64,000 nucleotides of DNA from Takakia lepidozioides (Eukaryota; Plantae; Bryophyta), in assembly GCA_030704615.1 (NCBI GenBank), contig CM060731.1, forward strand, positions 56,668,001 to 56,732,000. The letters run 5' to 3'. Under the pieces are notes generated by a model. The model ran no database searches, was not told the origin of the DNA, and saw nothing but the letters and a program-made list of their open reading frames with translations. Shown here piece by piece: positions 25,161-37,600 of the stretch (position 1 is its first letter; every line of letters begins with the position of its first letter). A program made the translations under genes and the position numbers.

Positions 25161-25429
25161 GAGGGGAGGGCCAGTGTGTGCAGCTCCCTGTGACGTTCAT
25201 AGGAGGAGTTGCGGTTGCCCCAGCGAGGCAAGATGCCACACAGCATCATTCACAGCTGCAGTGACTTGGCCCTAGAGAGTTTGGGCAACGTTCATTCAGG
25301 ATATGTCACCTCCGGGGGAGCAGGATGACATGTATATGGCGGAGTTGCCTGCCATGGTTGCTCAAACTTCATTGTGGGGCTCGAGCAAGGATTTGCAGCA
25401 TATTGCTGATTGTCGTGTGGACCATTGGA

Positions 25430-26400
25430 CACCACACCAATAGTGTGGCAGTGTCCGGATGAAGGCATCTGCCTTCTGGACTTGTTTGGCGGGATCAGCA
25501 CCGGATTGGCTGTTGTTCTACAGGCAGGTGTACGAGTACGGCGTTACTTGTATGTGGAGAGGGATGAGACTGCACGACGCGTCTCCCTCCGTCATGTTGC
25601 TCAGTTGGTGCAGCAGTACCCTGAGTTGTTGCTGGTATCTGCGGTTCGTGGATATCAGCAGGCCTTGCCAGCAGACATCTCTTTGCGGGGGGCGCAAGAT
25701 TTGGAGCGGGTTGGCTCCATTGATTTGGTAGTGGCAGGTTGGCTCTGCCAAGGGCATTCATCAGCCGGGCATGACAATGGATTGCGAGACTCGAGGTCGG
25801 GTCTGTTTTGGAGATGGTGCGGGTTTTGCGCCACTTACACAGCTTTCATCAAGCTGTATCTCCAGCATACATCTTGGAGAATGTGCCACTGATGGGCAAT
25901 TCTCGGGCCAGGGTGATGGCCAGTGTGCATCAAGTCCGGTCGTGGCTTGGGTCAGCAGTGTTGCTGGATGCAGCTACAGTGGGGTCACGGGTTCATCGTC
26001 CACGGTTATGGTGGACTAACTTGATGCCACCCGCACTGCTTAAGCGTGCATTTGATGGGGTGCAGCGGCCAGCACACCTCACAGTGGATAGCATTTTGGA
26101 CACATGGAGGCAGTCTCAGCGTGTGAGACACGATGACCGTTCGCCTTTGGCAGTGGTCAACAAGGTGGGTCGACCACGAGCAGCACTACCTACACTGCTC
26201 AGCTTCCTAGAATCGCATGCTTTCCGGGATAGCGGACCTGACCTCCTGTGGGATGCTCAGTTGTAGCAGTTAGTGGAGCCTAATGCTGACGAGCGAGAGC
26301 GGGCTATGGGTTTTTCCACTGGGACCACGGCGGTGCCTTCTCTTTCTGAGGCATCACGTCGTCAGGTGTTGGGGCAAGCGATGGATCTTGACCTGGATTA
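25430..26400 (+). pseudogene. DNMT3-like C5-cytosine methyltransferase domain inside the retrotransposon polyprotein
   Basis: Motif I LLDLFGGISTG, II YVERD, IV DLVVAGWLCQGHS (PC changed to LC), GLRDSRSGLFW, VI ILENV, VIII HRPRLWWTN, IX/X ERERAMGF..RRQVLGQAMD. Frameshift ~25810 and stop at 26264. Confidence 0.92.
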
Positions 26401-26949
26401 TCAGCTTGGCTATGGCTGAGCAACGTAGAGTGCGGAGTGCACTTCCCTTGACGGTCTCTCTGCCTACCGAGACGGTACAGGCAGTGAGTGGGGGCGAGCC
26501 GGTGAGGACCACGGGATGTAGACATCCATGGCACACGTGGGAGGTGCTCGAGGTTCAGAGGGAGTTGGCAGCCAAGGCGACTGTGATGGATGAGGTTGGG
26601 GATTCTTCTCGGGTTGAGGAGGTCCTCAAGGATCAGATGATGGGGCAGGATGAGGCCTTGTCATTGACTGAGCAGGCAGGGAGTACTGCTCAAGAGGTTG
26701 CGGCATAGCAACCACGGGAGTCATCTACCTCTAAGTCTGCTGGACTTAAGGTTACAGTTACGAAGGGCAATTGGGAGCCTGACATTGGACCTATTGTCAC
26801 TAGAGGAGAGAGACGACGTATACGGCAGATCCTGAGGTTTACAGGAATTGCTTTGCCTCTCGTGCTACGGTGAAGGAGCATGAGAGACATGTTCAGGTTG
26901 TGCATCGACTGGGTTTGGTCAACAGGGATGCGGATGGATTCCAAGACTG

Positions 26950-27405
26950 CAGTGGAACAGCAAGCACACAAGAGGGCTCCCTGGAACTGTAAACATTCCC
27001 CAACTTTGAGTACTCTATTGACAACCTACCATAGAAAAGCTGATATCTTTGATGGGGGTTTGATCCACACTAAGCCCCAAAAACATTTCCAGTTCTCATC
27101 GCTGAAGTTGTACAACCCCCATTTTTTTTACATGGGTTGGGTGACTGACTGAGCCTTTTTTGGTTGTATATGCAAAGAAGGGTTCTAGGGAATTGTTGAA
27201 TTTCCACAACCATTTGGAGGGGTCAATTTCCAATTCTGCAAGCGGCCTGCCCATAATCCATACAAAGGAGTTGGTTGCTAGCCATGCCCTAGTGGTAATA
27301 GTGAGGGGAGGCTGGGGATTCATTCCCTTATCTGTGGCTGTCCAACAGCAGACACGGACTGGAGTGAGAGGCATAGTTCGAATTGTCAAGGGTTCTGTAG
27401 AGGTA
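26950..27405 (-). mobile_element. Probable L1-type LINE ORF2 C-terminal fragment
   Basis: Trp-rich open frame (..RAWLATNSFVWIMGRPLAEL..KWLWK) between two unrelated elements. No diagnostic motif seen. Confidence 0.4.
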
Positions 27406-28964
27406 ACATTCATGATAGAAATTTGAGGACTCTTGCAGAGAAGGAGCCTCCCGCTCAGGATACACCGGGTAAAGGTAGAAAGGCAAAGGGAAAGGATGTT
27501 GCTGGTGGTGTGGGGAAAGGAAGGGGTAGGGAGAAGGGGGCACAAGGGTAGGTAGGTGGGCAGGGAAGTGTTGCAGATACTGGCCCTCTGGTGGATGTCC
27601 AGCAGACTCAACCGCATGGTAGGGATCCGGGAGAAAGACAAGGGGATGGTTGATCCCAAGGACCCGTACCATGCAGTGGAGCATCCCACGAGGGTCATTC
27701 GCCCTACCAGCTTGGAGATGGCCAACGTCGGGTTCCTTGCCATGATGGAGTCCAAGAAATCTGATTACAAGGGCGAACCATCACCAGTGTGGGAGAGGAT
27801 TGTGGAGTTCCTCGGCATGGTGCGTGTTGTCTTTTGCTTCTTGTCTGTTGTGGGCATGGATCGTTTCAATCCTTCTGAGCATTCCATTGTATGCTTGTTT
27901 GCAGGCTAAAATGACCAAATCCTGGGTCAACGGAAAGGAGAAGCCATATGCAGCCGAACTCATCATCTTGGATATCTCTGATGGGTTGCCAGTCCCGGAT
28001 GTCCTTCCATCGGGTGCTTGTCCAGGTTGAAATGCTTTTGATGAGCGCTACTGGCAGTGGATTTTCTCCTTTTGCAATTTCTTTCTGTCCGATGCAGGTG
28101 TTTTTGGTGCTCATCCAGTCCATCGACCTTCGCTGTCGCCGTGCACTTGCCAGCTATTTGAAAGCCTCTAGTATGAGGGTCGTGAAGACATGGAATTGTG
28201 TTAACAGCATGTACCTGATAAAGGGGGATCGTCCCGGAGAGATGGTAAATCTGCCTTCTTATTCCTCTTCTTGGTGGTTCTCGGATGGAGTTGCATAAGT
28301 CACTCAAATGAATATGTAGGGGCCTGGTTTTCAAGCTTCTTAGTTCTTTGTGTATGTCATGTTCGTAGACTCGTTTGTTTGAAGTTGTTTGTCTCATCCG
28401 AGTGCATCCACCTACGACTCCAGCCGTCATTAGGGAGTTTGCCATCACTCATGGGGGCAAGTTCATAGACGAGAGGACAGATCCTCCCACGGATGACATG
28501 CACCACAACTACGTGGACAACAACGTGTGCTTGCGAAGGGGGAATGGGGTTCCTTGGAGAGGGGCCAGGGAGAGGAGCCCGGCTTTCATTCAGACGATTG
28601 TGGAGTGCTGCACCTACACAAACGCCAGAGTTCTGGATTTGTCAATGGGCACAGGTTTGTCTCTTGAACATTCACATTTCATGAGGTTTGTTTGAGCTTG
28701 CACTTTCAGCTCTTCCCACCATTCCAAATGTGTCTTCAATGTCTGTTTCCTTCATTGTATTCCACTGCAGGTGCCTCGTACCACGCTTGCAAGGCCAGTG
28801 CGCGACATCTCTTTGGGATTGAAGGGGATGCCGAGATTTACAAGAACCTCCTGATGGGTTTGGGTGGATACACTTCTCAAGTCCTTCCGAAGCCCCTACC
28901 CGCTGATATTGATACAGGGGAGACTTCCAACAAGGAGCTGGACTCCGACTTTGCCTGTGAGTAA
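27406..28964 (+). pseudogene. Beta-class N4C/N6A methyltransferase-like domain, partial copy (4 exons)
   Basis: ELIILDISDG, TGA in place of W at 28028, RERSPAFIQTIVECCT..VLDLSMGTG|ASYHACKASARHLFGIEGD. Confidence 0.75.
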
Positions 28965-30068
28965 GTTCAACCTGTGGATGCTTGCATTGTTGTTTCAATA
29001 CCCAGAATCACTGTTCTTAAGGCGAAGTGCACATGGGAGACATCCTCGTCGTTGGACTTGTGCATTGCATCATTGTGTTCAAAATGGTTTTTTGTCGACT
29101 TGTGCAGGAGTCCGCGTGCTTCCACTGACCCTCCAGGGCTATCACACTTTTTTGGACTTTTTTCAAGTCCTCCTCAGTCTTACGTGCTACCTCTCTATGC
29201 GGAGGCACTCGCAGCAAACATGTCCGTTCATGGCACTCACAGTCCAACAATCGACGGCCGTGGTAGAAGACGTGGTGTTGGGGTCGGAATCTTTGTGGAT
29301 GACATAGCATAAGAGGTCGATACTGATTCTGATGACTGTGACACTTGATATGAAGTTTTCTTTTTGCTTTTATTCGGGGCCAATTTGGAAATGGGATGGT
29401 TGTGTGTCCATGTTGTCCTGTTTGCAATGTGTGCGTGGGATGCAAATTCATGGGAACAGACTATCGTTGGAGATGGGGGTTGCATGGATTGCCCGGATTG
29501 TTCCTTCAATCTATTTAGTGTTTTGCAAAGCTCACAGGCTTGTTAGCATTGCAAAAACAAACAAACATCTTTGGTTCGGGTAGAGCATTCTCGCATCATT
29601 TGCTCGTTGGTCTCCAAACCATTCCTGCTAGAAGAATGCTTGGTAAATCCATCACGTTAAAGTCCACGTGATCAAAGATCGTTCAGGCATTCTCAATTCT
29701 GGTGAGCATCCATGATGCTCCCGCATATACTTGGCATGTTCGCAAGGGTGGTGAGTAAGAAAAGATTTCGCAGGGATCCGCTTTGGATGATGTGAGTGTG
29801 CACCTGCTCACGACGTAGCCACATTCCAATGCAGGGGCTTAGTATGTTTATAACGTCTAAATGGATGCAATGGATAGTAAGGATGGATACAATGGATATA
29901 ACACAACCAGTCTGCATTCCCTGCAAATGGCTGATCAACCCGCGGTAATAGGGGACACCCGCAGAAATAGGCCATGTATGCATGCTGACGTGGCGTGAGC
30001 CTGTGCTGGGCTCACGGTTTCTTGGGCTCACAGGCTCACGCCTCCGGGCTCACGGAATAGCACCCCCT
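27406..30068. repeat. Second, partial copy of 36192-38827: 3' half of the ParB-MTase gene (+) and 3' end of the convergent gene (-)
   Basis: Colinear similarity from GAAATTTGAGGACTCTTGCAGAGAAGG to GGGCTCAC.GAATAGCACCCCC. Confidence 0.95.
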
Positions 30069-30069
30069 G

Positions 30070-30363
30070 TAGTTGGGTAGTTGGGCTACTATTGAGAGAT
30101 TATATTCTTGAAAACACTCCACTTTTTTGTTGATCCGGAGGCACTGCACGGATTTGAAACAGGGAACCATTGTCTTCTTTTCATATTTCTATCAATTGTC
30201 GAATCTTTTTTTATCCAATTGGCTCGTGACACCATGTATTTGTGCAAAATAATATATTATCCATATTATAAATTACATATAAATGGTATTATATTTGAAT
30301 ACATATAAACATAATAAGTTCAGTAAACCTACAATACAAATTAAACCATTGTCCCCTGTTTTG

Positions 30364-30399
<36 letters not shown>

Positions 30400-30729
30400 A
30401 TATCCACGTGACACGTGGCTCGTTGTGGCATGTGTGCATGATAACGTCGTCCCTACACCTGTCATCAGACACGTAGCAGTCCGGGGAGAGTCGTGTGTTG
30501 CTAGAAATCAGTCACGTACGTGACCAAAAACACGGTCATGTATCTTGCTCACTAGGGGATGTCACCCAGAGTCATATTCATGACGCGGATATTAGAGTCA
30601 TCGTAACGACACGGTCTACATGATTCTTTGGAAAAGAGGAAAAGAGTAAAAAATGAGTCGAAATGATAAAAAAAAAGTCATGAAAACAGTAAAAAAAAAA
30701 TGTTATGAAACCCGTTTTTTGTACTAGTG
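30070..30729 (+). mobile_element. One end of a CACTA (En/Spm) transposon with subterminal repeats and an A35 run (30364-30398)
   Basis: Ends CCCGTTTTTTGTACTAGTG, reverse complement CACTAGTACAAAAAACGGG. Clustered GTCAC/GTGAC/CATGAC/GTCAT motifs at 30400-30710. Partner end not found. Confidence 0.75.
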
Positions 30730-30960
30730 GTATGATCCTTCATCACCACAACATAGGGTCGGCACTGGAGTTGTCATTGGTGTGCCTGGCAAAGACACAT
30801 ATCACAGTCTAGTTATTTCTAAAGGCATGTACCGTGTTGAGGTCGAGTATGTCCATGTTTCACATTGTCGCTTGCCTCATCCTAATGAGGAAGACAACCC
30901 ACCGCAAACTGAGTTGGACCACGTCCTCAGTAGGTCCAACACCTTGGCCAGAGAAGTACC
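30730..30960 (+). pseudogene. C-terminal fragment of a CACTA ORF2 (TnpA/Tnp1-En/Spm-like) protein
   Basis: VGTGVVIGVPGKDTYHSLVISKGMYRVEVEYVHVSHCRLPHPNEED..ELDHVL..WP matches the G..H...G..RV.V...LP.P...L...WP pattern of this domain. Confidence 0.6.
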
Positions 30961-31691
30961 TGAGGAGGGGTTAGAAGTAGGGTTCGCCCGGGCATAAACA
31001 TTGTTGGCAGTGAGGAAAAGGCAGGAAAGTACTTCATAGCTTTTAGCATGCTTGCGGAGACATAGTGTAGATGTAGTATGTCACCCTTTATCATGGCTGG
31101 ATTTTGTTGACTCTGTTCCAGCACTTTCTCTCTTGGATTCTATTCTGTTTTTTGAATGGTGAATCTTTAAGAGTGTTTGGGTATGCATATTCGCTTGAAA
31201 TGTATGGGAATTGTATGAGAATGTATGAATCACTTACACACCACTCTGTTAGTGGTATATGTAAGACTGTCACAGTAGGCAAGAGTGGTTGTACTCCTCC
31301 AGATGCAGCCCTAACCACTTATATACCACTAGATGGCAGTAATAATTCCAATACATGGTCCCTACAGACGCAGTGGATGACCCAGTGAGTGGTTCTAACA
31401 CACAAGTACATGCAACGTATGCACATATTTTCTGGCACTTTATTTCTTGAATAATACAAAGACGCCGAAATGGATGAATTCCGTTCGCACACAATAACAA
31501 CACCCGCATCCAAATACGGTTGACAATGTCCTATTTTGATTTTGGTTACATGCAATAGCAACCCTTGTTGCAAACGTCAAACTGGAGAGCTCCAGAGGCA
31601 TCGTGGGGAGCCCTTGTTTTCCGCGAGGAGGAAGAGAAGGAAATCATTGTACTTCACGAACTCTAGAAACAGGAATAGAGCCAGATATAGA

Positions 31692-34600
31692 ATGAGGATG
31701 GAAAGAGTGGCCGAAGAGGAAAAGGCGGAAGAAGAGGGCAAAGACACAAGTTCGGCGATGGAAGAGCAGGAATCCGGGGAAGACCAGCAGCCTGCCATAG
31801 TTCCTAGAACAGATGAGGAGGACATTGCATCCGAGGGAGAGGCAGACGCCGAAGATGATGTTGACGCTGGCCTCACAAAGACCCTAATAGTGGAAGAGAG
31901 GATGGGGGAGATGCTCCAGAACACGAGAGGCGTGGAGAGCAGTCCGAAGCGCAAAGGGTCCCCGGCGATTGGGGAGTCTTCTGGAGCAGCCCAAAAAAAG
32001 GTTCAATCTTTGGAACCCATCTTTGTGCTTCATTGCTGATGTGAACCCAAGTTGAGATTCCATGTCGATATGAACATAGACTGCACGAGGCATCTCTGCA
32101 GGTTGCATCAACCGTGAACAAGAAGCTCAAAAAGTGTAGCCAAAACGGCCAAATTGGGCACTCTTTGAGCACACCTTGTCTTTGTTTTTCCCCTGTGAAA
32201 TTCGGCAATACAGGGCAAGTCTTGGAGGTTCAATCATCAGTTGCATGGCAGCTCAAACAGTGTGCGTCAACGCACACTGTTTGAGCTGCCATGTCATTGC
32301 ACTTGTCATCTGAAAATTGGCCACATAGGGTTTGAATTAGTGGTTGAATCATCACTATCCTGGCAGCTCAAACAGTGCGTTGGCGCACACTGTTTGAGCT
32401 ACCCTTATCATTGCTTTTTTCATTTGAGAATGGGCCACATAGGGCATGTCTCTGAGGACAGATAAAAACTTATTTGGCAGCTCAAACAGTGTGCGTTGCC
32501 GCACACTGTTTGAGCACACCTTCTCTTTGTTTTTCCACTGTGAAATTCGGCAATACAGGGCAGGTCTCGAAGGTTCAATCATCAGTTGCATGGCAGCTCA
32601 AACAGTGTGCGTCAACGCACACTGTTTGAGCTGCCATGTCATTGCACTTGTCATCTGAAGATTGGCCACATAGGGTTCGAATTAGTGGTTGAATCACCAC
32701 TATCCTGGCAGCTCAAACAGTGTGCGTTGGCGCACACTGTTTGAGCTGCCCTTATCATTGCCTTTTTCATTTGAGAATGGGCCACATAGGGCATGTCTCT
32801 GAGGACAGATGAACACTTATCTGGCAGCTCAAACAGTGCGTTGCCGCACACTGTTTGAGCACACCTTCTCTTTTTTTTTCTGTGAAATTTGGCAATACAG
32901 GGCAGTCTCGGAGGTTCAATCATCAGTTGCATGGCAGCTCAAACAGTGTGCGTCAACGCACACTGTTTGAGCTGCCATGTCATTGCACTTGTCATCTGAA
33001 AATTGGCCACATAGGGTTTGAATTAGTGGTTGAATCATCACTATCCTGGCAACTCAAACAGTGTGCGTTGGCGCACACTGTTTCAGCTACCCTTATCATT
33101 GCTTTTTTTATTTGAGAATGGGCCACATAGGGCATCTCTGAGGACAGATAAAACTTATCTGGCAGCTCAAACAGTGTGCGTTGCCGCACACTGTTTGAGC
33201 ACACCTTCTCTTTGTTTTTCCACTGTGAAATTCGGCAATACAGGGCAGGTCTCGAAGGTTCAATCATCAGTTGCATGGCAGCTCAAACAGTGTGCATCAA
33301 CGCACACTGTTTGAGCTGCCATGTCATTGCACTTGTCATCTGAAAATTGGCCACATAGGGTTTGAATTAGTGGTTGAATCATCACTATCATGGCAGCTCA
33401 AACAGTGTGCCAACGCACACTGTTTGAGCTGCCCTTATCATTGCCTTTTTCAATTGAGAATGGGCCACATAGGGCATATGTCTCTGAGGACAGATGAACA
33501 CTTATCTGGCAGCTCAAACAGTGTGCGTTGCCGCACACTGTTTGAGCACACCTTCTCTTTGTTTTTCCACTGTGAAATTCGGCAATACAGGGCAGGTCTC
33601 GAAGGTTCAATCATCAGTTGCATGGCAGCTCAAACAGTGTGCTTCAACGCACACTGTTTGAGCTGCCATGTCATTGCACTTGTCATCTGAAAATTGGCCA
33701 CATAGGGTTCGAATTAGTGGTTGAATCATCACTATCCTGGCAGCTCAAACAGTGTGCGTTGGCGCACACTGTTTGAGCTGCCCTTATCATTGCCTTTTTC
33801 ATTTGAGAATGGGCCACATAGGGCATGTCTCTGAGGACCGATAAACACTTATCTGGCAGCTCAAACAGTGTTCTTTCAACACTTACGGTTGAATGAACAC
33901 TTACCTTGCACCTCAAACAGTGTGCGTCAACGCACACTGTTTGAGCTCACCTTTTCTACCACAGATGGCCTGTTTGCTATGCTCAAACACCCTCGTCTAA
34001 TGCCTCACTCTTATGTCAATTTGAATGGACAACCCTGCAGGAGAAGATGCAAGTGTGGCGGAGGAGATCCCTTCGGGACTGGGGAAGGATATCATTGTTG
34101 ATGTTGACGATGAGTTCTATGAAAGCAAAGCCGCTGAGATGCTGGGGGGTCAGAAGGTAAACTCTCAGCTTGTGGTGCAAAGTATGCTTGCCCCGGGTGG
34201 GAGGTTGAAGATTCCCCTGTGTAGGATGGTTTCCATGCCCGTCGTTCGACCACCCCTCATCAAGGACATTCTCAAGCTAGAGGCCGAGTTTGTTCATGGG
34301 TATTTGGATGGATCCGCAGTGTTTTACGTTTGTACAAAGGATTCCACAGGCAATGAGCTCCTTGTGGATGAGTCAATCGTGGACTCCTGGGATCCTATTT
34401 GGAGACAGGTGAACGAATCCTTCGAACTTCTTCTCTCCAGGAAACCTTCCACCCAGGCATTCTCGGGGAAGATGTTTTACGTTTGGGATGGGAACCACCG
34501 ATTGCTTGCATGGATGGCTGTTATTGGGAGGCTGCACTCACAGGAGGAAGAGTGGCATTACTCTGTTCGATCGATGGTGCTGGATTGTGAGGGGAACATG

Positions 34601-37600
34601 ATGGGTCTTCTGACGGCAATGAATGATGTGAACAGGTTGGTTTCTCATTCTACCTGTTCCACTTGCAGTTCCTTGGTTCTTTGATTAAAGTCCTTGAATT
34701 TCATTCTGACTTTCAGATATCATTCTGCAGAGAAACGGAGACATCGCATGTCAAAACGAGTCTGGTTCACACACTGTATAGGATACAAAGGATCGGGCAG
34801 ATGCCCTTGACCAACACTTTCAGCGGAGACGTACAAGAAGTGCGAAAGCTCCAAGACATCGGAAACGTGGTACTCGTTGACACGCGAGGCTTTCATGGAG
34901 TACATGTACACGGTGAGATACATCTTCCTTCATCTGCCCTTTCCATATTCCTGCTTCCACATGTTTGTTTCTGTTTGTTTCCCTTGCCCTTCGGTTCATG
35001 CAACTCTCGTGCATTCCCTTGCAGCAAGACATTGCAGATGCAGGGGAGCGTGGCAAACTGGAATACTACAGGTCAACCCCTGAGGAGAGAAGGACAGCAA
35101 AGGGGGTTGAGACTCACATCCAAAAAGAGATGACCGCTACAAGAAGGACTATAATGAGTGCTTTTGTGAAGCAGTTGAGAATTGCCGACCCATCATTCGG
35201 AGCGCAGTTTCTCTTGGAGATAAAAAACCATTATAACAAGCCAGGCAAGCCAGAGATGGCCCAGGAGAAGTTACACAGGTTGTCTACCGCCGTTGTGTCT
35301 TCAGAACAGAAGGTGAAGTGGCTACAGATATGGAACTCCGATCCCACAGTTAGGGATACACACATGTTCCCCAGGCCGGAGAAAGAGAAGAAGACCCAGC
35401 GTGTCATTCCAGTCAGTGACAATGTGCTGGACACATGGCTTCACAAGGCCACTTACTGGAGCCAGGTGTGATGTCCTTTCCTGTGTCACTTTCTTTTCTC
35501 TTTTCCTGTCCTTCTCTTTCCATTGCCTCTCACATTCGCTGTGATTTTTTTGGGTTCATTCTTGCATTTGAATTGTTTTGCAGTTGGAAGAAAGGGCACG
35601 GTCGGTTCTGCATACTCAGCTGGCTGACTATGGCATCACTATGACAGCACCGAAGGTCTCCTTCGAAGCATACATGAGGAAATGGAGAGCCACAGTGTGG
35701 CACTCTTGTTTCTTTAGAGAGTTCAGCAAGGAGGGTGGCATCAGTCGAACACATGACCTTGACCAGCAAAAAAAGAGGAAGCCTGGAAACGATGCCTTTA
35801 CAGGTGCACTCCCTGGGCAGTTCAGTTTACTTAGTGTCCTGTGGTTGCAATGTACTGTGACGCATACAGTTTAAGGGGAATGTGATGGAAAAACTGAGAG
35901 ACAATAATTGCATTGCATAATGAGGCTGTCTTTGTTCCTGCAGGTACATAAAGTTTGTTCTCATGGAAGAGAATTGTTTGGACAAACATCCAGATTTCGT
36001 GGACCTCTGGCTTGTCCCTGCTGGAAATCAGACTATGTTTACTACTGGGATCTTGCATGACTGGGGCCCAGACCATCTATCTTCTTGTGGTTGGTATTTG
36101 GATTGCCCTCCTTCTGAGACCCCAGCTCCGGAGGTGTCTTTGAGGAGAGAGAATGAGCGAATTGCAGCCACTGCCGCAGCAGCCGACCTCGACATTCATG
36201 AGCGAAATTTGAGGACTCTTGCAGAGAAGGAGCCTCCCGCTCAGGATACCCCGGGTAGAGGTAGAAAGGCAAAGGGGAAAGATGTTGCTGGTGTTGTGGG
36301 GAAAGGAAGGGTAGAGGGAAGGTGGCACAAGGGCAGGGAAGTGTTGCAGATATTGGCCCAGTGGTGCATGTCCAGCAAACTCCACCGCATGGTAGGGGAT
36401 CCGTGAGAAAGAACAAGGGGGTGGTTGATCCCAAGGACCCGTACCATGCAGTGGAACATCCGACAAGGGTCATTCGCCCTACCAGGTTGGAGATGGCCAA
36501 CGTCGGATTCCTTGCCATGATGGAGTCGAAGAAATCTGATTACAAGGGCGAGCCATCACAGTGTGGGAGAGGATTGTACAGTTCCTCGACACGGTGCGTG
36601 TTCTCTTTTGCATGTTCTCTGCAGTGGGCATGGATCGTTTCAATCCTCTTGAGTATTCCATTGTAATTTTGTTTGCAGGCTAAAATGACCAAATCCTGGG
36701 TGAACGGGAAGGAGAAGCAATATGCAGCCGAACTCATAATCTTGGACATCCCTGATGGGTTGGCAGTCCCGATGTCCCTCCATCGGGTGCTTGTCCGGGT
36801 TGGAATGCTTTTGATGAGCGCTACTGGCGGTGGGTTTTCTCCTTTTGCAATTTTTTCCTGTCCGATGCAGGTGTTTTGGTGCTCATACAGTCCGCCGACG
36901 TTCGCTGTCGCCGTGCACTTGCCAGCTATTTGAAAGCCTCGGGCATGAGAGTCCTGAAGACATGGAATTGTGTGAACAGCATGTACCTTACGAAGGGGGA
37001 TCGTCCGGGAGAGATGGTAAATTTACCTTCTTCTTCCTCTTCTTGGTGGTTCTCGGATGGAGTTGTATAGGTCGCTCGATCTCATATGTAGGGGCCTGAT
37101 TTTTTAAGCTTCTTAGTTCCTTCTGAATGTTTGTTCGCAGACTCGTTTGTTTGAAGCTGTTTGTCTCGTCCGAGTGCATCCACCAACGACTCCGGCCGGC
37201 ATTTCGGAGTTCGCCATCACTCATGGGGGCAAGTTCATAGACGACAGGACAGATCCTCAACGGATGACATGCACCACAACTACGTCGACAGCAACGTCTG
37301 CTTGCGAAGGGGGAATGGGGTTCCTTGGAGAGGGGCGAGGGAGTGGAGCCCGACTTTCATTCAAACGATTGTGGAGTGCTGCACCTACACAGACGCCAGA
37401 GTTCTGGATTTGTCAATGGGCACAGGTTCGTCTCTTCAACATTCGGATTTCATGAGGTTTGATTGAGCTTGCACTTTCAGTATTTCCCACCGTTTCCATA
37501 TGTGTCTTCAATGTCTGCTTCCTTCATTCTATTCCACGCAGGTGCTTCGTACCACGCTTGCAAGGCCAGTGCCCGACATCTCTTTGGGATTGAAGGGGAT

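Larger units (their letters stand above)
20535..26950 (+). mobile_element. Ty3/gypsy (non-chromovirus, Athila/Tat-like) LTR retrotransposon with embedded C5 DNA methyltransferase; 3'-truncated and degenerate
   Basis: LTR-like 20535-22487 (TGTTG..TCAACA), PBS-like sequence after it, gag, two CCHC-like knuckles, protease LLDSGA, DNMT domain, then a pre-RT linker (RRRIRQIL..CFA). Confidence 0.88.

Noticed and set aside
32241-33937. Many short ORFs on both strands in the array
   Set aside because: By-products of the tandem palindromic repeat; frames break between units.
32165-33950. CRISPR array (palindromic repeats with ~70-bp spacers)
   Set aside because: Spacers are not unique: three mutually related spacers cycle five times. 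No cas genes, and the context is eukaryotic.
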